In this document: piece after piece, positions 47,184 through 57,983 of the stretch | How the letters are laid out: the number at the start of each line of letters is the position of its first letter | Numbering within the stretch: position 1 is the stretch's first letter | Origin: Verrucomicrobiia bacterium | Lineage (GTDB): Bacteria > Verrucomicrobiota > Verrucomicrobiia > Limisphaerales > UBA1319 | Length of the DNA: 64,000 nucleotides | Assembly: GCA_963664225.1 (NCBI GenBank) | Contig: OY760937.1 | Span: 3,648,001 to 3,712,000, forward strand | Direction: 5' to 3' | Notes under the pieces: model-generated | Databases searched by the model: none | What the model was told of the DNA's origin: nothing | The model's input: the letters and a program-made list of their open reading frames with translations, nothing else | Position numbers and translations under genes: made by a program

Positions 47184-48230
47184 ATGGGCCTGCCCCAATT
47201 AAGTAAGCGCCTAAAAACAACGGCTTCCCGTTTTCGACATCCGAAAATCACCGACTCTTCTGCCATGGGATTCCTTGGGCCATATTATTGCGTCAAACCG
47301 TATATTCCAGGGCGGTTGCGTTTGATGATGCGGCGGTTTGTGGCCCGGCTTCAACTGGCGCGGTGCTCGGCAATCTGGCCCATCGACCTTAAAGCTGCCG
47401 ACACGCCCGCTGGCTGGCGTGGGTGGCCGGGGAAAAAGCAGTTCGCTTTTGTTCTGACGCACGATGTGGAATCGTTAAGGGGATTTCAGAGATGCGCGAC
47501 ATTGATGGATATCGATGAGAACCACGGGTTTCGATCCGCATTTTATCTGGTTCCGGAGGGGGAATATTCCGTGGATGAGGCGTGCCTGAGATCGATGCGC
47601 AGCAGGGGATTCGAAGTTGGTGTGCATGATCTTAAGCACGACGGAAAGCTTTTCCGATCAAAAGAAGTTTTTTTTTCAAGCGCGCAGCGAATAAACCAGT
47701 ATCTTGAGGAGTGGAAGGCAATCGGATTTCGGGCCGGGTTTATGCGGCATAATACGGAATGGGCGCATGCGTTGAAGGTTGCGTACGACGCGTCCACGTT
47801 TGACACGGATCCGTTCGAGCCGCAACCCGATGGATTGAAAACGATCTATCCGGCATGGATTGCGCGGGAAGGCGGAGGCGGTTACGTGACTCTCCCTTAC
47901 ACCCTGCCACAGGATTCGACGGTGTTTTTGTTGCTCAAGAACTCAAACATCGACATCTGGAAGAAAAAGATGGACTGGGTGGCGGAGAACGGAGGCATGG
48001 TTTTACTGGATTCGCATCCTGATTATATTGCCTTTGAAGGGGATAAGCAGACCTACAAGACCTATCCGGTGGCGCGATATGCGGAGTTTCTGACTCATGT
48101 CAAAAGGCGCTATGATGGCTGCTACTGGCATGCGCTCCCACATCAGGTGGCCGAATACGCAAAGAGCGAACTCCTGCGAGATCGCGCAACAGGGCAAATA
48201 TTAGCGGCCAATAACAAATTATTAGCATGA
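47184..48230 (+). CDS. Polysaccharide deacetylase-like protein
   Basis: FVLTHDVE, FEVGVHDLKHDG, GFRAGFM, LPYTLPQD, SHPDY. Start may be downstream of the track start. Confidence 0.72.
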   Translation: MGLPQLSKRLKTTASRFRHPKITDSSAMGFLGPYYCVKPYIPGRLRLMMRRFVARLQLARCSAIWPIDLKAADTPAGWRGWPGKKQFAFVLTHDVESLRGFQRCATLMDIDENHGFRSAFYLVPEGEYSVDEACLRSMRSRGFEVGVHDLKHDGKLFRSKEVFFSSAQRINQYLEEWKAIGFRAGFMRHNTEWAHALKVAYDASTFDTDPFEPQPDGLKTIYPAWIAREGGGGYVTLPYTLPQDSTVFLLLKNSNIDIWKKKMDWVAENGGMVLLDSHPDYIAFEGDKQTYKTYPVARYAEFLTHVKRRYDGCYWHALPHQVAEYAKSELLRDRATGQILAANNKLLA

Positions 48231-49273
48231 AGAAGGTTTGGATTGACTTGGACAATACGCCGCATGTGCCGTTTTTCGAGCCCATCTTGCTTGAACTAAA
48301 GGCGCGTGGATATCCGGTGTTGCTGACGGCCCGGGACGCCTTTCAAGTAGCGGAATTGGCGGAACAAAAGGGATTGCCGGTGGTCAAGGTGGGGCGGCAT
48401 TATGGAAAGAACAAACTGGTCAAAGTGGCGGGTTTGTTTTATCGCGCGTTGCAATTGATGCCGATTGTGCTCAGGGAAAAGCCGGTGATCGGGGTTTCTC
48501 ATGGGGCGCGTTCTCAAATCATTCTCTGCAATATGCTGGGGATTCCGACCATCCTGCTTGCGGATTATGAGTTTGCGAAGTATCCCCCGCTCATGCGTCC
48601 CACCTGGGAGATGGTGCCGGAGGTCATTCCCAATGAGGCGTTGTACTGTCCGCCCGAACGGGTGCGCAAATACCCCGGTATCAAGGAGGATGTTTACGTG
48701 GCGAGGTTCAAGCCGGATGAGTCGATTTACGATGCCTTAAATCTCAAGCGGGATTGTCTGTTGGCGACGGTCAGGCCTCCGGCCACAGAGGCGCACTACC
48801 ACAATCCGGAAAGCGAAGCGTTGTTTGACAGCCTCATGAACCGCCTGACCAGCATGCCCAATGTTCAGACGGTTTTATTGCCACGAAATAGAAAGCAGGG
48901 GGAACTGGCCCTTGGCACCCACCCGGAATGGTTTTCCGACCGAAAAACGGTCATTCCGGCCAGTGCCGTCGATGGCTTGAATTTGCTCTGGTTTTCGGAT
49001 TTTGTGGTCAGCGGCGGCGGCACGATGAATCGGGAGGCGGCGGCCTTGGGCGTGCCTGTGTATAGTATTTTCAGGGGAAAAACGGGTGCGGTGGACACGT
49101 ACCTTGAGCGGGCTGGAAAGTTGATTATGATCAAAACGCCGGAGGAAGTAATGCGGTCAATTCAGGTGGTGCGGCGGGATAAGACTTTTCACGCGGATCT
49201 GGGCAAGCCTGCGGCACTTTCCTCCATCGTTGGCCATATTGAGGCAATACTCAAGATGACCGGCGCGCAATAG
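48227..49273 (+). CDS. DUF354 family protein (glycosyltransferase-like)
   Basis: VWIDLDNTPHVPFF, YPGIKE, SGGGTMNREAAALGVP. Confidence 0.85.
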   Translation: MKKVWIDLDNTPHVPFFEPILLELKARGYPVLLTARDAFQVAELAEQKGLPVVKVGRHYGKNKLVKVAGLFYRALQLMPIVLREKPVIGVSHGARSQIILCNMLGIPTILLADYEFAKYPPLMRPTWEMVPEVIPNEALYCPPERVRKYPGIKEDVYVARFKPDESIYDALNLKRDCLLATVRPPATEAHYHNPESEALFDSLMNRLTSMPNVQTVLLPRNRKQGELALGTHPEWFSDRKTVIPASAVDGLNLLWFSDFVVSGGGTMNREAAALGVPVYSIFRGKTGAVDTYLERAGKLIMIKTPEEVMRSIQVVRRDKTFHADLGKPAALSSIVGHIEAILKMTGAQ

Positions 49274-49297
49274 GATGTTTAGAAGCAAAGCAAGATT

Positions 49298-50416
49298 ATG
49301 GCAGGACTCGGAAAAATACTGATTGTGGCGGGCGCCCGTCCCAATTTTATGAAAATAGCGCCAATCATCAAGGCGCTGGAAAAGCATAACAAACAGGACG
49401 CCTCGGGAAGGTCCACGCTTTCCTATAAATTGGTGCATACGGGCCAGCATTATGACGCGAAGATGTCGGATGTGTTTTTCTCGGAATTGGGCATCCCAGC
49501 CCCCGACATCAACCTTGAGGTGGGATCCGGTTCGCATGCGGTTCAAACCGCGAATGTGATGTTGAAATTCGAGGCGGTGTGCCTGCAAGAAAAACCGGAC
49601 TGGCTGGTCGTGGTCGGCGATGTGAATTCGACCATGGCCTGCACGCTCGTTGCAAGCAAATTGGGGATCAAGGTGGCGCATGTGGAGGCGGGTCTGCGCA
49701 GTTTTGACCGAACCATGCCGGAGGAAATCAACCGGCTCGTAACGGACGCGATTGCGGACCTGCTGCTGACCCCCTCGCAGGATGGTGATGATAATTTGCG
49801 CCGGGAGGGTGTGCCAGACGCCAAGATTCTGCAGGTCGGCAATGTGATGATCGATGCGGTGATTGCAAATCTTGGGATGGCGCGCAGCAATCGGATTCTG
49901 GATGAACTTGGGGTTGAGAAGAAGCCGTTCGTTTATGTCACGCTGCATCGTCCTTCGAATGTGGACGAACAATCCTCATTGGAGGGGATCATGAAACATT
50001 TGCAGCGGCTGGCGGGTCGGATGACTGTGGTCTTTCCGATGCACCCGCGCACGCGGAAAATGCTGGGCGAATTTCAAATTCATACCAACGGCAATTCGCA
50101 GTTTAAAATCATCGAACCGGTGGGCTATCACGAATCCTTGAGATTGACGGAGAACGCGCGGCTCGTTCTGACGGATTCAGGCGGGTTGCAGGAGGAAACG
50201 ACTTTTTTCCGCACGCCGTGCCTCACGTTGCGGCCCAATACGGAGCGGCCCATCACGATTACCATGGGGAGTAATAAGCTGACGAATCTTTCAATATTGG
50301 AGCAGGACCTCGAAAATATTTTACGCGGCGAGGAACGTCTCGGGCGAGTGCCGGAGTTGTGGGACGGAAAGGCGGCATCGCGCATTGTGGAGGCGCTCGC
50401 CGGGGAGTGCTCTTGA
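49298..50416 (+). CDS. wecB: UDP-N-acetylglucosamine 2-epimerase (non-hydrolysing)
   Basis: GARPNFMKIAP, HTGQHYD, HVEAGLRS, MPEEINR, TLHRPSNVD, TDSGGLQEE, TERP. Confidence 0.93.
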   Translation: MAGLGKILIVAGARPNFMKIAPIIKALEKHNKQDASGRSTLSYKLVHTGQHYDAKMSDVFFSELGIPAPDINLEVGSGSHAVQTANVMLKFEAVCLQEKPDWLVVVGDVNSTMACTLVASKLGIKVAHVEAGLRSFDRTMPEEINRLVTDAIADLLLTPSQDGDDNLRREGVPDAKILQVGNVMIDAVIANLGMARSNRILDELGVEKKPFVYVTLHRPSNVDEQSSLEGIMKHLQRLAGRMTVVFPMHPRTRKMLGEFQIHTNGNSQFKIIEPVGYHESLRLTENARLVLTDSGGLQEETTFFRTPCLTLRPNTERPITITMGSNKLTNLSILEQDLENILRGEERLGRVPELWDGKAASRIVEALAGECS

Positions 50417-50495
50417 TCGGGTCCGCTTCCAGGTTAAAAAGTTTTTTGCGTGGTAAATCAATTCAGCCAGGCATGCAACGAAGTCATATGACGTC

Positions 50496-51620
50496 ATGAT
50501 TCATGTGATTTTCACATTGGATTATGAGATCCACGGCAATGGGGAGGGGTCTCCTGACGAGCTGATGGTCGAACCGACCAGGCGAATGCTTGGCCAGTTT
50601 GATGAATATGGGGCCAGGCTTACGATTCTGGCTGATGTCGCCGAAATTCTGAAATTCAAGGAATTTCGCGGCGAGGCCGGACAGGACATATTCCATTATC
50701 GGAAGATCGAAGACCAATTACGAAAAGCCATACAGGGAGGTCACGATGTTCAACTGCATTTGCATCCCTCCTATTTTAATGCCCAATTTGAGGTTGACCG
50801 GTGGCGCATGGATTGGTCCGAATACGATTTTGCCACGCTGGATCCCGATCGGATGAGCGCCATGCTGCGGGCCGGCCGGGACTATCTGGAGAGCCTGCTT
50901 CAACCGATGGATGGCCGCTACCGTTGCAATGTATTTCGCGCGGCAAATTGGGCGGCTCAGCCATCCCCGAATGTCGTGCGAGCGTTGATCGACGCGGGGT
51001 TTGTTGTGGACACCAGCGTCTTCAAATACGGGCACAGAATCGGTCGGGTCAATTTCGATTATTCGAATGCGCCCAGCGCTATTTTGCCCTGGCGGGCCTC
51101 CGTAAAAGACATCTGTGTGGAGGATCCTGATGGCAAGTTATGGGAGTCACCCATCTATTGCGAGCAACGCTGGTTGGGGGCATTTTTGACGCTGAACCGC
51201 CTCTATCGCGTCTGGCAGAGTTACCGGCATAAGTTCCCAAAGTCGGACGGAGCGGGCAAGGCGACAACGTCCGCTGGAACTAATGGAGGCTATGGTAAAG
51301 CGCGGGCCTCCTTGAAGGACCGGCTTTTCAAGAACGCATGGAAGGCGGATTTCAACCAATGTTCGGGGCGGCAATTGGTGAAAACCTTGGAAAGGGTCGA
51401 GCGCACGTATGGCAATACCCGGGCGGAAGTTCCTTTCGTGCTCATTGGTCACTCCAAATTATTCACGCCATACAATCAAACATCGCTTGCGCCATTCTTA
51501 AAACACGTTGAAGCGCATCCTCAGAAGTATTGCTTTAGTCGGTTTAAGGACATGCATTGGGAAAACGGATCAAAGGAAATCGCGCAGACAACAGGGACGA
51601 CGACTTTATCACATGGTTGA
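50496..51620 (+). CDS. Polysaccharide deacetylase-like protein
   Basis: IFTLDYEIHG, GHDVQLHLHP, FRAANW, VDTSV, IGHSK. Confidence 0.72.
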   Translation: MIHVIFTLDYEIHGNGEGSPDELMVEPTRRMLGQFDEYGARLTILADVAEILKFKEFRGEAGQDIFHYRKIEDQLRKAIQGGHDVQLHLHPSYFNAQFEVDRWRMDWSEYDFATLDPDRMSAMLRAGRDYLESLLQPMDGRYRCNVFRAANWAAQPSPNVVRALIDAGFVVDTSVFKYGHRIGRVNFDYSNAPSAILPWRASVKDICVEDPDGKLWESPIYCEQRWLGAFLTLNRLYRVWQSYRHKFPKSDGAGKATTSAGTNGGYGKARASLKDRLFKNAWKADFNQCSGRQLVKTLERVERTYGNTRAEVPFVLIGHSKLFTPYNQTSLAPFLKHVEAHPQKYCFSRFKDMHWENGSKEIAQTTGTTTLSHG

Positions 51621-52593
51621 TCTGTCCATCATCATCGTCAACTACAAGACCCGGAGTTATCTGGAACCGTGCCTCGAATCGATCAAGGCATGTCGTCCAT
51701 CCGTGAGCCATGAGGTGATCGTGGTGGACAACGCCTCTTACGATGGCTCGAAAGAGATGATCGAGGCCAAATATCCGGATACAATCTATATCCAGTCAGA
51801 CGCGAACCTTGGGTTTGCAAAGGCGAACAACCTGGCCGGTAAGAGGGCCCTGGGGCGGGCTTTTCTGTTTCTGAATCCGGACACTCTGGTCCTGGGGACG
51901 GCGCTGGAAACGTTGTATGAGTCGTTACAGTCGGATCCTGCATCAGGGAGCGCCGGACCGGTATTGCTCAACAGCGACATGACGCTGCAGACCAGTTGCA
52001 TCCAGTCCTTTCCGACCATTGTCAATCAAGTTGCGGATTCCGAGTATCTGCGGCGCGCGTTTCCAAATTCCAGTTTGTGGGGATTTTCACACGCCAACAA
52101 GCCGGAGAAACTACCTTCGGAAGTGGATGTGATCTCGGGGGCTTGTTTGATGGTTCGAAAAGAGGTGTTCGAGGCGGTGGGAGGGTTTAGCGAAGACTAC
52201 TTCATGTATTACGAGGATACGGACCTTTGCTACAAGATTCGGAACAAAGGCTGGAAGAATATATTCGTTCCGCAGGCCAAAGTGGTTCATCACGGTGGCG
52301 GCAGCACCAAGGTGTCCAGCAGCACGTTCTCGGACGTGATGATGGCGGAATCGATGTGGCGTTTCTTCAACAAGACCAGGGGACGGACATATGGATGGGC
52401 GGGTCGCTGCGCGTTTGGCGCGGGCGCATTTGCGCGTTTATCGGTGTTGTCACTGGCCTGGCTGGCGCGCGGCAAAGGCGAACAACGGAAGCTGTTGACG
52501 AAGTCATTGGAGAAATGGCGCGCCTTGCTGCGCTGGTCCTTTGGCATGGAGCGCTGGGTGTTGCGATATTACTCCGGTGAGCGGCTGTCATGA
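51613..52593 (+). CDS. GT2 family glycosyltransferase
   Basis: LSIIIVNY, VVDNAS, NLGFAKANN, FLNPDT, SGACLM, YYEDTDLC. Confidence 0.92.
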   Translation: MVDLSIIIVNYKTRSYLEPCLESIKACRPSVSHEVIVVDNASYDGSKEMIEAKYPDTIYIQSDANLGFAKANNLAGKRALGRAFLFLNPDTLVLGTALETLYESLQSDPASGSAGPVLLNSDMTLQTSCIQSFPTIVNQVADSEYLRRAFPNSSLWGFSHANKPEKLPSEVDVISGACLMVRKEVFEAVGGFSEDYFMYYEDTDLCYKIRNKGWKNIFVPQAKVVHHGGGSTKVSSSTFSDVMMAESMWRFFNKTRGRTYGWAGRCAFGAGAFARLSVLSLAWLARGKGEQRKLLTKSLEKWRALLRWSFGMERWVLRYYSGERLS

Positions 52594-53483
52594 ATCGTGA
52601 TTATGTAATAATTACGCCGGTCCGCAATGAGGAGCGAACCATTGGGACGACGATTGAAAGCGTTGCATACCAGACGGAGAAACCCAGGGAGTGGGTGATT
52701 GTCAGCGACGCATCGACGGATCAGACGGATGAAATTGTAAAGGTCTGGGCCTCCCGTCTTCCATTCATCCATTATCTGCGGCTGGAGAATCGACCCGACC
52801 GGATATTTTCCTCGGTGGTTTTTGCGATTGAAGCAGGGCTGGAGGCATTGCGCGCCAGGGATTATGGATTCATCGGCATACTCGATGGAGACATCCGCTT
52901 CGCTCCGGACTATTACATGCAAATTCTGGACCGATTTGAGCAGAACAAAAAACTTGGGCTTGCAGGTGGTTTGGTTCTCGATGTGATTGACGGGAAGCAT
53001 GTCATTCAGGCCCAATACTTGAAGGATGTTGCGGGGGCGGTTCAATTGTTTCGAAGGGAATGCTTCGAGGCGCTGGGTGGGTTGATCGCCATTCCCGAGG
53101 GCGGCTGGGATGCCATCACGTGCATTGGCGCCCGCATGAATGGATTTGAGACCCGGACTTTTGAGCACATAGTCGTGGACCACCTCAAGCCGCGGAACAG
53201 TGGCATGGGAGGCTGGCTGACACGCAAGTGGATCATGGGATCGCGAGATTACGCCCTGGGGTATCATCCAGTATTCGAGTTTTTCAAATGCTGCGGACGA
53301 ATGATGGAGTATCCCCCGGTCATCGGGTCGTTAACCTGGTGGCTATCCTTCGGATATGCGACAATTCTGGGGAAGAAGCGATTGTTGCCCGAGGCAGTGA
53401 AAAGTCAGGTTCGCAAGGAACAGATGGAACGCCTGCGGGAGAAGTTTGGAATGGGTCCGACCGCAAAGGCTAATGCCCGGTGA
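52590..53483 (+). CDS. GT2 family glycosyltransferase
   Basis: IITPVRNEE, VSDASTD, ILDGDI, GGWD. Confidence 0.88.
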   Translation: MNRDYVIITPVRNEERTIGTTIESVAYQTEKPREWVIVSDASTDQTDEIVKVWASRLPFIHYLRLENRPDRIFSSVVFAIEAGLEALRARDYGFIGILDGDIRFAPDYYMQILDRFEQNKKLGLAGGLVLDVIDGKHVIQAQYLKDVAGAVQLFRRECFEALGGLIAIPEGGWDAITCIGARMNGFETRTFEHIVVDHLKPRNSGMGGWLTRKWIMGSRDYALGYHPVFEFFKCCGRMMEYPPVIGSLTWWLSFGYATILGKKRLLPEAVKSQVRKEQMERLREKFGMGPTAKANAR

Positions 53484-53508
53484 TGCTGCTCGAAAATAAA
53501 GAAAACGG

Positions 53509-54906
53509 GTGAAGTATCTTTTATTAATCGGATTGTGCCTTCTGACCGTTCGATGCTACTCGAAGTCCTATATCCGAGGGCTTGCGATGGCCGGATTGCT
53601 GATCGTATGCGTGACCGATAAATTGCGGCTTGATATGCCGGGAGGTTTGCCTGAACTGACCATTCAGCGTTTGCTTCTGCTCATCAGCGTATATTATTGG
53701 CGTCGGGAAAAGCGTTATCGAATAAAGAATCCTGATCACGGAGTTATTAACACATTACTACTTAATATATTTCTGGTGTTCTTCTCAACCGTGTTTTCCA
53801 TCGCCCTGGATTTGAGTCTCAAAAGTATTATTTCTCTGGCCTTCGAGGAATACTTCTTTTTCTGGCTCGTTTATACGAGCATGCACAATGAAAAGGATAT
53901 ACTGCGGGTGTTTAAACATATTGGGTATGGACTGGGGATTGTCGCGGTGCTGGGTTTTATTGAGTATTACACGCAGTTCAATCCCGTTGATGAGTATATC
54001 GTGCAGGGCCCCAGACCTGATATGGGTCTGGCCTATGCCGGGTGGTATGATGTGTTGGGGACTTTCCCTCACCGAATTTTATTTGGCTACGCGATGGTTT
54101 GCGGGGCAATGATCACGTTCGGGTGTTACTTTTTGGAGAAAACCAAACTTCGACGCATAATGTGGCTGGTCCTCCTCGCGTTTTTTTCTGCAAGCACCTA
54201 TTTTTCAAACAGCCGTGGTCCATGGTTTGCGTTGCCCCTGGCTGTGGGTGTTATCGCGGTGTGGGGTAGTTCGCGAAGCCGGAAACTCATTTTATATCTT
54301 GGCCTGGCCATCATCATCGGACTTTTGATCAAGCCTGGCGTCCGGGAGACGATTTTCGAACTCGTCGGCGAGACTTTCCAGAAAGACACGCACAAGGGTG
54401 AATCGTATGAGTATCGCTGGCTGTGCTGGAGCGTTGCCTACAGAAAAATCGTCGAATCGCCTATCAGGGTTTTGTTTGGATACGGGGGCCTGTCCACGGA
54501 ACGAATGGACCTGCAAGACATGTTTGCGTTCGGAGGATCGACTTACAAGCTGGGCTATACAAGCTGGGACAACCAATACGCCGCGAACCTGATCGAATAT
54601 GGAATGCTGGGATTCATGGGGTTTAACCTGGTGTTTTTTGTCGTATGCACGAGACTGTTTGCCAGAAATTCACGATTAAGCCCTTCACTTGTCTGCGTAG
54701 TGACTTCGGCCAAAGCGATCATGGTTGTGTATCTGTTTCTCATGACAAATGTGTACAGCTTCAGTAATCAGTTGAAATACATGCTTTGGGGCATCATAGC
54801 GCTTGCCCTGGCCGCACCTCGAATGCGGGAGAAGGCGGCGATTGCGCCCGTAGAATTTGAGGTGACAGGGTTGCAGAGTGTAAAAGGTTCAAATGAGACC
54901 CTCTAA
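53509..54906 (+). CDS. O-antigen ligase / Wzy polymerase family membrane protein
   Basis: About 10-12 hydrophobic segments; SNSRGPW, FGYG, DNQY motifs of Wzy_C. Confidence 0.8.
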   Translation: MKYLLLIGLCLLTVRCYSKSYIRGLAMAGLLIVCVTDKLRLDMPGGLPELTIQRLLLLISVYYWRREKRYRIKNPDHGVINTLLLNIFLVFFSTVFSIALDLSLKSIISLAFEEYFFFWLVYTSMHNEKDILRVFKHIGYGLGIVAVLGFIEYYTQFNPVDEYIVQGPRPDMGLAYAGWYDVLGTFPHRILFGYAMVCGAMITFGCYFLEKTKLRRIMWLVLLAFFSASTYFSNSRGPWFALPLAVGVIAVWGSSRSRKLILYLGLAIIIGLLIKPGVRETIFELVGETFQKDTHKGESYEYRWLCWSVAYRKIVESPIRVLFGYGGLSTERMDLQDMFAFGGSTYKLGYTSWDNQYAANLIEYGMLGFMGFNLVFFVVCTRLFARNSRLSPSLVCVVTSAKAIMVVYLFLMTNVYSFSNQLKYMLWGIIALALAAPRMREKAAIAPVEFEVTGLQSVKGSNETL

Positions 54907-56518
54907 AATCTCTGTTCTTCAAAAAGGAGAACGAACGCGCATAACTCCGTTGCTTGAAGTTCTTGGGAAAATGCACCATGTGGAATGGCGTACATGCCGT
55001 GATTTGTCAGAACTAAGGGACGAGGACGCCGTCATCGCGCTGGATGCGGATGGAAAATGCCTCGATGGGCTGTCCGCCCGGGCGAAATCCGCACTGGTCT
55101 TCCCGGATCCTTCGCTGTGGAGTCACAGGAGGGATGTCGAGCGGTTCCAACTGGCGCCAAGCCCGGAAGCGCCCGCTGGGATGAGCGGCGCCTGGATGGG
55201 GGGGGCGCAGAAAACCAGGTCGGGGAATTGGGATCAGGATCTTTGCAGGCAGGTGGTGGCGCAGGATGCCGCAGGACCCATCTGGCTTCGGCGTCGTCAG
55301 GGTCAGGTGAGACTGGATGTTGCGATCGTGAGTTTCGAAGACACGGTGGCTTATGGCGTGTTTTCACCGGCAATGTGGCATGAACAGTTGTTGCAGTTGA
55401 TCATTTTCATCGATTTTGTGCGTGAGGTTGCCGGCGATTCCCAATGGACGAATCCGGCGCCTACGGCGTCTGTGATCTTTGACGATCCCAATTTGCACAG
55501 CATGCGCTATGGTTTCGTGGACTATGTGGAATTACTGGAGAGCATGCGCCGGTATCATTATCATGTTGCGGTGGCCACCATTCCGATCGATGCCTGGTAT
55601 GTTTCGCGGCGGGTGGCCGCTTTTTTTCGGGAACACCCCCGTGAATATTCTTTTTTGTATCACGGCAATGACCACATCAGCAACGAGTTGGCCAGAGACT
55701 GGACGCATGCGGAGCGAGCCGGGCTGGTCACGCAAGCGCTGCAAAGGATTGCCCGATATGAGGCTGCCCCCCATATCGAGGTGGAGAAGGTCATGGTGGC
55801 GCCTCATGGCGCGTGCAGCGATGCGATGTTGCGGGAACTCGCCGTGCATGATTTTCAAGGCGCGTGCATTTCCTGGGGTTCTTTAAATTATCACAATGGT
55901 GAAATGCCCTGGGCTAAGGAACTGGGGATCAAAAACACGGAAGTTATCCACGAATTGCCAGTGTTATCGCGCACTGCGTTTGAAGGGGTTGATGAAAAGA
56001 GCATTCGTCTGGCGCTGTTTCTGCACCAACCGATCATCCTCCGTGGGCACCATAACGATCTAAGAAAGGGGCTGGGAGATCTGGAAGAAAAAGTCCGCCT
56101 GGTCAATGAATTGGCGCATCCACGATGGGATTCCATCGGGCAAATCATGAAATCGAATTACAGGACGCGTCTGCGCAACGAACGCCTGGAAGTTCGTCCT
56201 TATGCGCGATGCGTTGAAGTGGAGGTCCCTTCTGAATGCGCGACGGTCGCGGTGGATGATATCCAAAGCGGTTTTGGCGTTTGGGACCAGAATTTGGGCG
56301 ACTGGATTTGTCAGGAAACCCGAATCAAGGCTCAGTGCGAATCAGGCCCAGAGCATGGCTGCGGTTTGCACGCCGGTGGCAGAGTCACCATTCGACGAAA
56401 GAATCTCCTGGCGCAAGAAAATAGTGGTTTTATGAGAAAATGGCCGGCATTGTGGCCGCTAACGCGCCGTTTCTTAACGGAGACTCGGGATCGTGTGGCA
56501 CCTTATGTGCGCCGATGA
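54893..56518 (+). CDS. Hypothetical EPS-locus protein with deacetylase-like TIM domain
   Basis: IFDDPNL, YHGNDH, MVAPHG, GHH; translationally coupled within the operon. Confidence 0.6.
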   Translation: MRPSKISVLQKGERTRITPLLEVLGKMHHVEWRTCRDLSELRDEDAVIALDADGKCLDGLSARAKSALVFPDPSLWSHRRDVERFQLAPSPEAPAGMSGAWMGGAQKTRSGNWDQDLCRQVVAQDAAGPIWLRRRQGQVRLDVAIVSFEDTVAYGVFSPAMWHEQLLQLIIFIDFVREVAGDSQWTNPAPTASVIFDDPNLHSMRYGFVDYVELLESMRRYHYHVAVATIPIDAWYVSRRVAAFFREHPREYSFLYHGNDHISNELARDWTHAERAGLVTQALQRIARYEAAPHIEVEKVMVAPHGACSDAMLRELAVHDFQGACISWGSLNYHNGEMPWAKELGIKNTEVIHELPVLSRTAFEGVDEKSIRLALFLHQPIILRGHHNDLRKGLGDLEEKVRLVNELAHPRWDSIGQIMKSNYRTRLRNERLEVRPYARCVEVEVPSECATVAVDDIQSGFGVWDQNLGDWICQETRIKAQCESGPEHGCGLHAGGRVTIRRKNLLAQENSGFMRKWPALWPLTRRFLTETRDRVAPYVRR

Positions 56519-57896
56519 ATTGATTTCTGGCAATCGACAAATGATTCCAACCGAAGAGATGGACACTGGAACCGCCCGGAAGGTGTTGCTTTTGGGGGCG
56601 GGATTTGACACTCAGAATCTGGGGGTTGAAGCCCTAGCAATCGGCACGCTCCAAATCATCAACACGCATTATCCCGTTGCGCAAGTCGAGTTGTTGGAAT
56701 ATGGGAAAACCAGCCAACAATACTCGATTGAGGTCAATGGAAGCAGAATTGAGATAACCACCCTAAACATTCGTTTTTCAAACAATATAACGTTACAGAA
56801 TCATATTATTTGCTTGATCCTGTGTGGGATTGTGGTTCGAATGTTTCCGTCTTTCAGAATCCGATTGAGAAAATGGAATCCATATTACCATGCAATTGAC
56901 GACAGCGCGGCTGCGTTCTCGATTGCAGGAGGAGACAGCTTTAGCGACATCTACGGGTTGGAGAGGTATTTCTATGTCACTCTGCCTCAACTGTTGATGG
57001 TGATCATGAGGAAACCCCTGCATCTGCTTCCTCAGACTTTTGGGCCCTACCGAACATGGATTTCCCGCGTGGTGACAAAATATTTATTAAGAAAAGCCGA
57101 ATCGGTCCACGGTCGGGATCATCCAAGCATTGCTCGTATAAAAAAACTAATGGGGCCAAAGACACGGGATATAGGTTTTTGCCATGATGTGGCCTTTGGA
57201 TTGAGACCGGAAAAAATGGCCGATACTTGCTGCCAGGCCGACCTGGCTGGAGGACCGATGGTCGGGCTCAATGTGAGCGGGCTGCTTTATTTCAGAAAGG
57301 CAAACCGCTTTGACTTGAAGTGCGATTATCGTCAATTGGTGGAGATGGTCCTGGATTATTTCTGCGGAACGTTGGGTCGGAGGGTTTTGCTGATGCCGCA
57401 TGTCATAACCACAGAGGAAGACTCGGAAAGCGATGTGCGGGCGAATGCGGCTTTGATGCAGCAATTTAATGCGAGATATGGGAATCGACTGATCACTGCG
57501 GAAGGCATTACAAACGCGGCCCGCGCCAAAGCGGTAATTGGACGGTGTGATTTCTTTTTAGGCAGCCGGATGCATGCGTGCATTGGGGCGTTATCTCAGG
57601 GCATTCCGGCGATCGGTCTGGCCTACAGCGGTAAATTTGCAGGTCTGTTTGCAACGGTTGGGGTCGAATCCCTGGCGTTGGACATGACACAACTTGCGGA
57701 GGCTGAACTTATTAAACAAATCGCCGCAATATACGAGCAACGGGCGAAGTGGGGTGATGTTTTGCAATGCGAATTGCCGCAGGTGGAACGAACTTACGAG
57801 CGAATGGCGGCATCTTGGAAGGGCGGCATGCTTTCTGCTGAAGTGGCGGGCAGTTGGCATGTTTCGGCGGCGTTGCCAAAAAGCAGTTCGAAATGA
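56505..57896 (+). CDS. Polysaccharide pyruvyl transferase (WcaK-like)
   Basis: NLGVEAL, GGDSFSDIYG, LPQTFGP, DVAF, GSRMHACIGALSQG..AYSGKF. Start uncertain. Confidence 0.87.
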   Translation: MCADELISGNRQMIPTEEMDTGTARKVLLLGAGFDTQNLGVEALAIGTLQIINTHYPVAQVELLEYGKTSQQYSIEVNGSRIEITTLNIRFSNNITLQNHIICLILCGIVVRMFPSFRIRLRKWNPYYHAIDDSAAAFSIAGGDSFSDIYGLERYFYVTLPQLLMVIMRKPLHLLPQTFGPYRTWISRVVTKYLLRKAESVHGRDHPSIARIKKLMGPKTRDIGFCHDVAFGLRPEKMADTCCQADLAGGPMVGLNVSGLLYFRKANRFDLKCDYRQLVEMVLDYFCGTLGRRVLLMPHVITTEEDSESDVRANAALMQQFNARYGNRLITAEGITNAARAKAVIGRCDFFLGSRMHACIGALSQGIPAIGLAYSGKFAGLFATVGVESLALDMTQLAEAELIKQIAAIYEQRAKWGDVLQCELPQVERTYERMAASWKGGMLSAEVAGSWHVSAALPKSSSK

Positions 57897-57983
57897 TGGT
57901 TCGGACATGTTTTAACAAAACGTCGAATTAATGATAGAGTCGCCTGGAAGGTCTCAGGCGGTTGCAGAGAAAAGGAAAATTTT

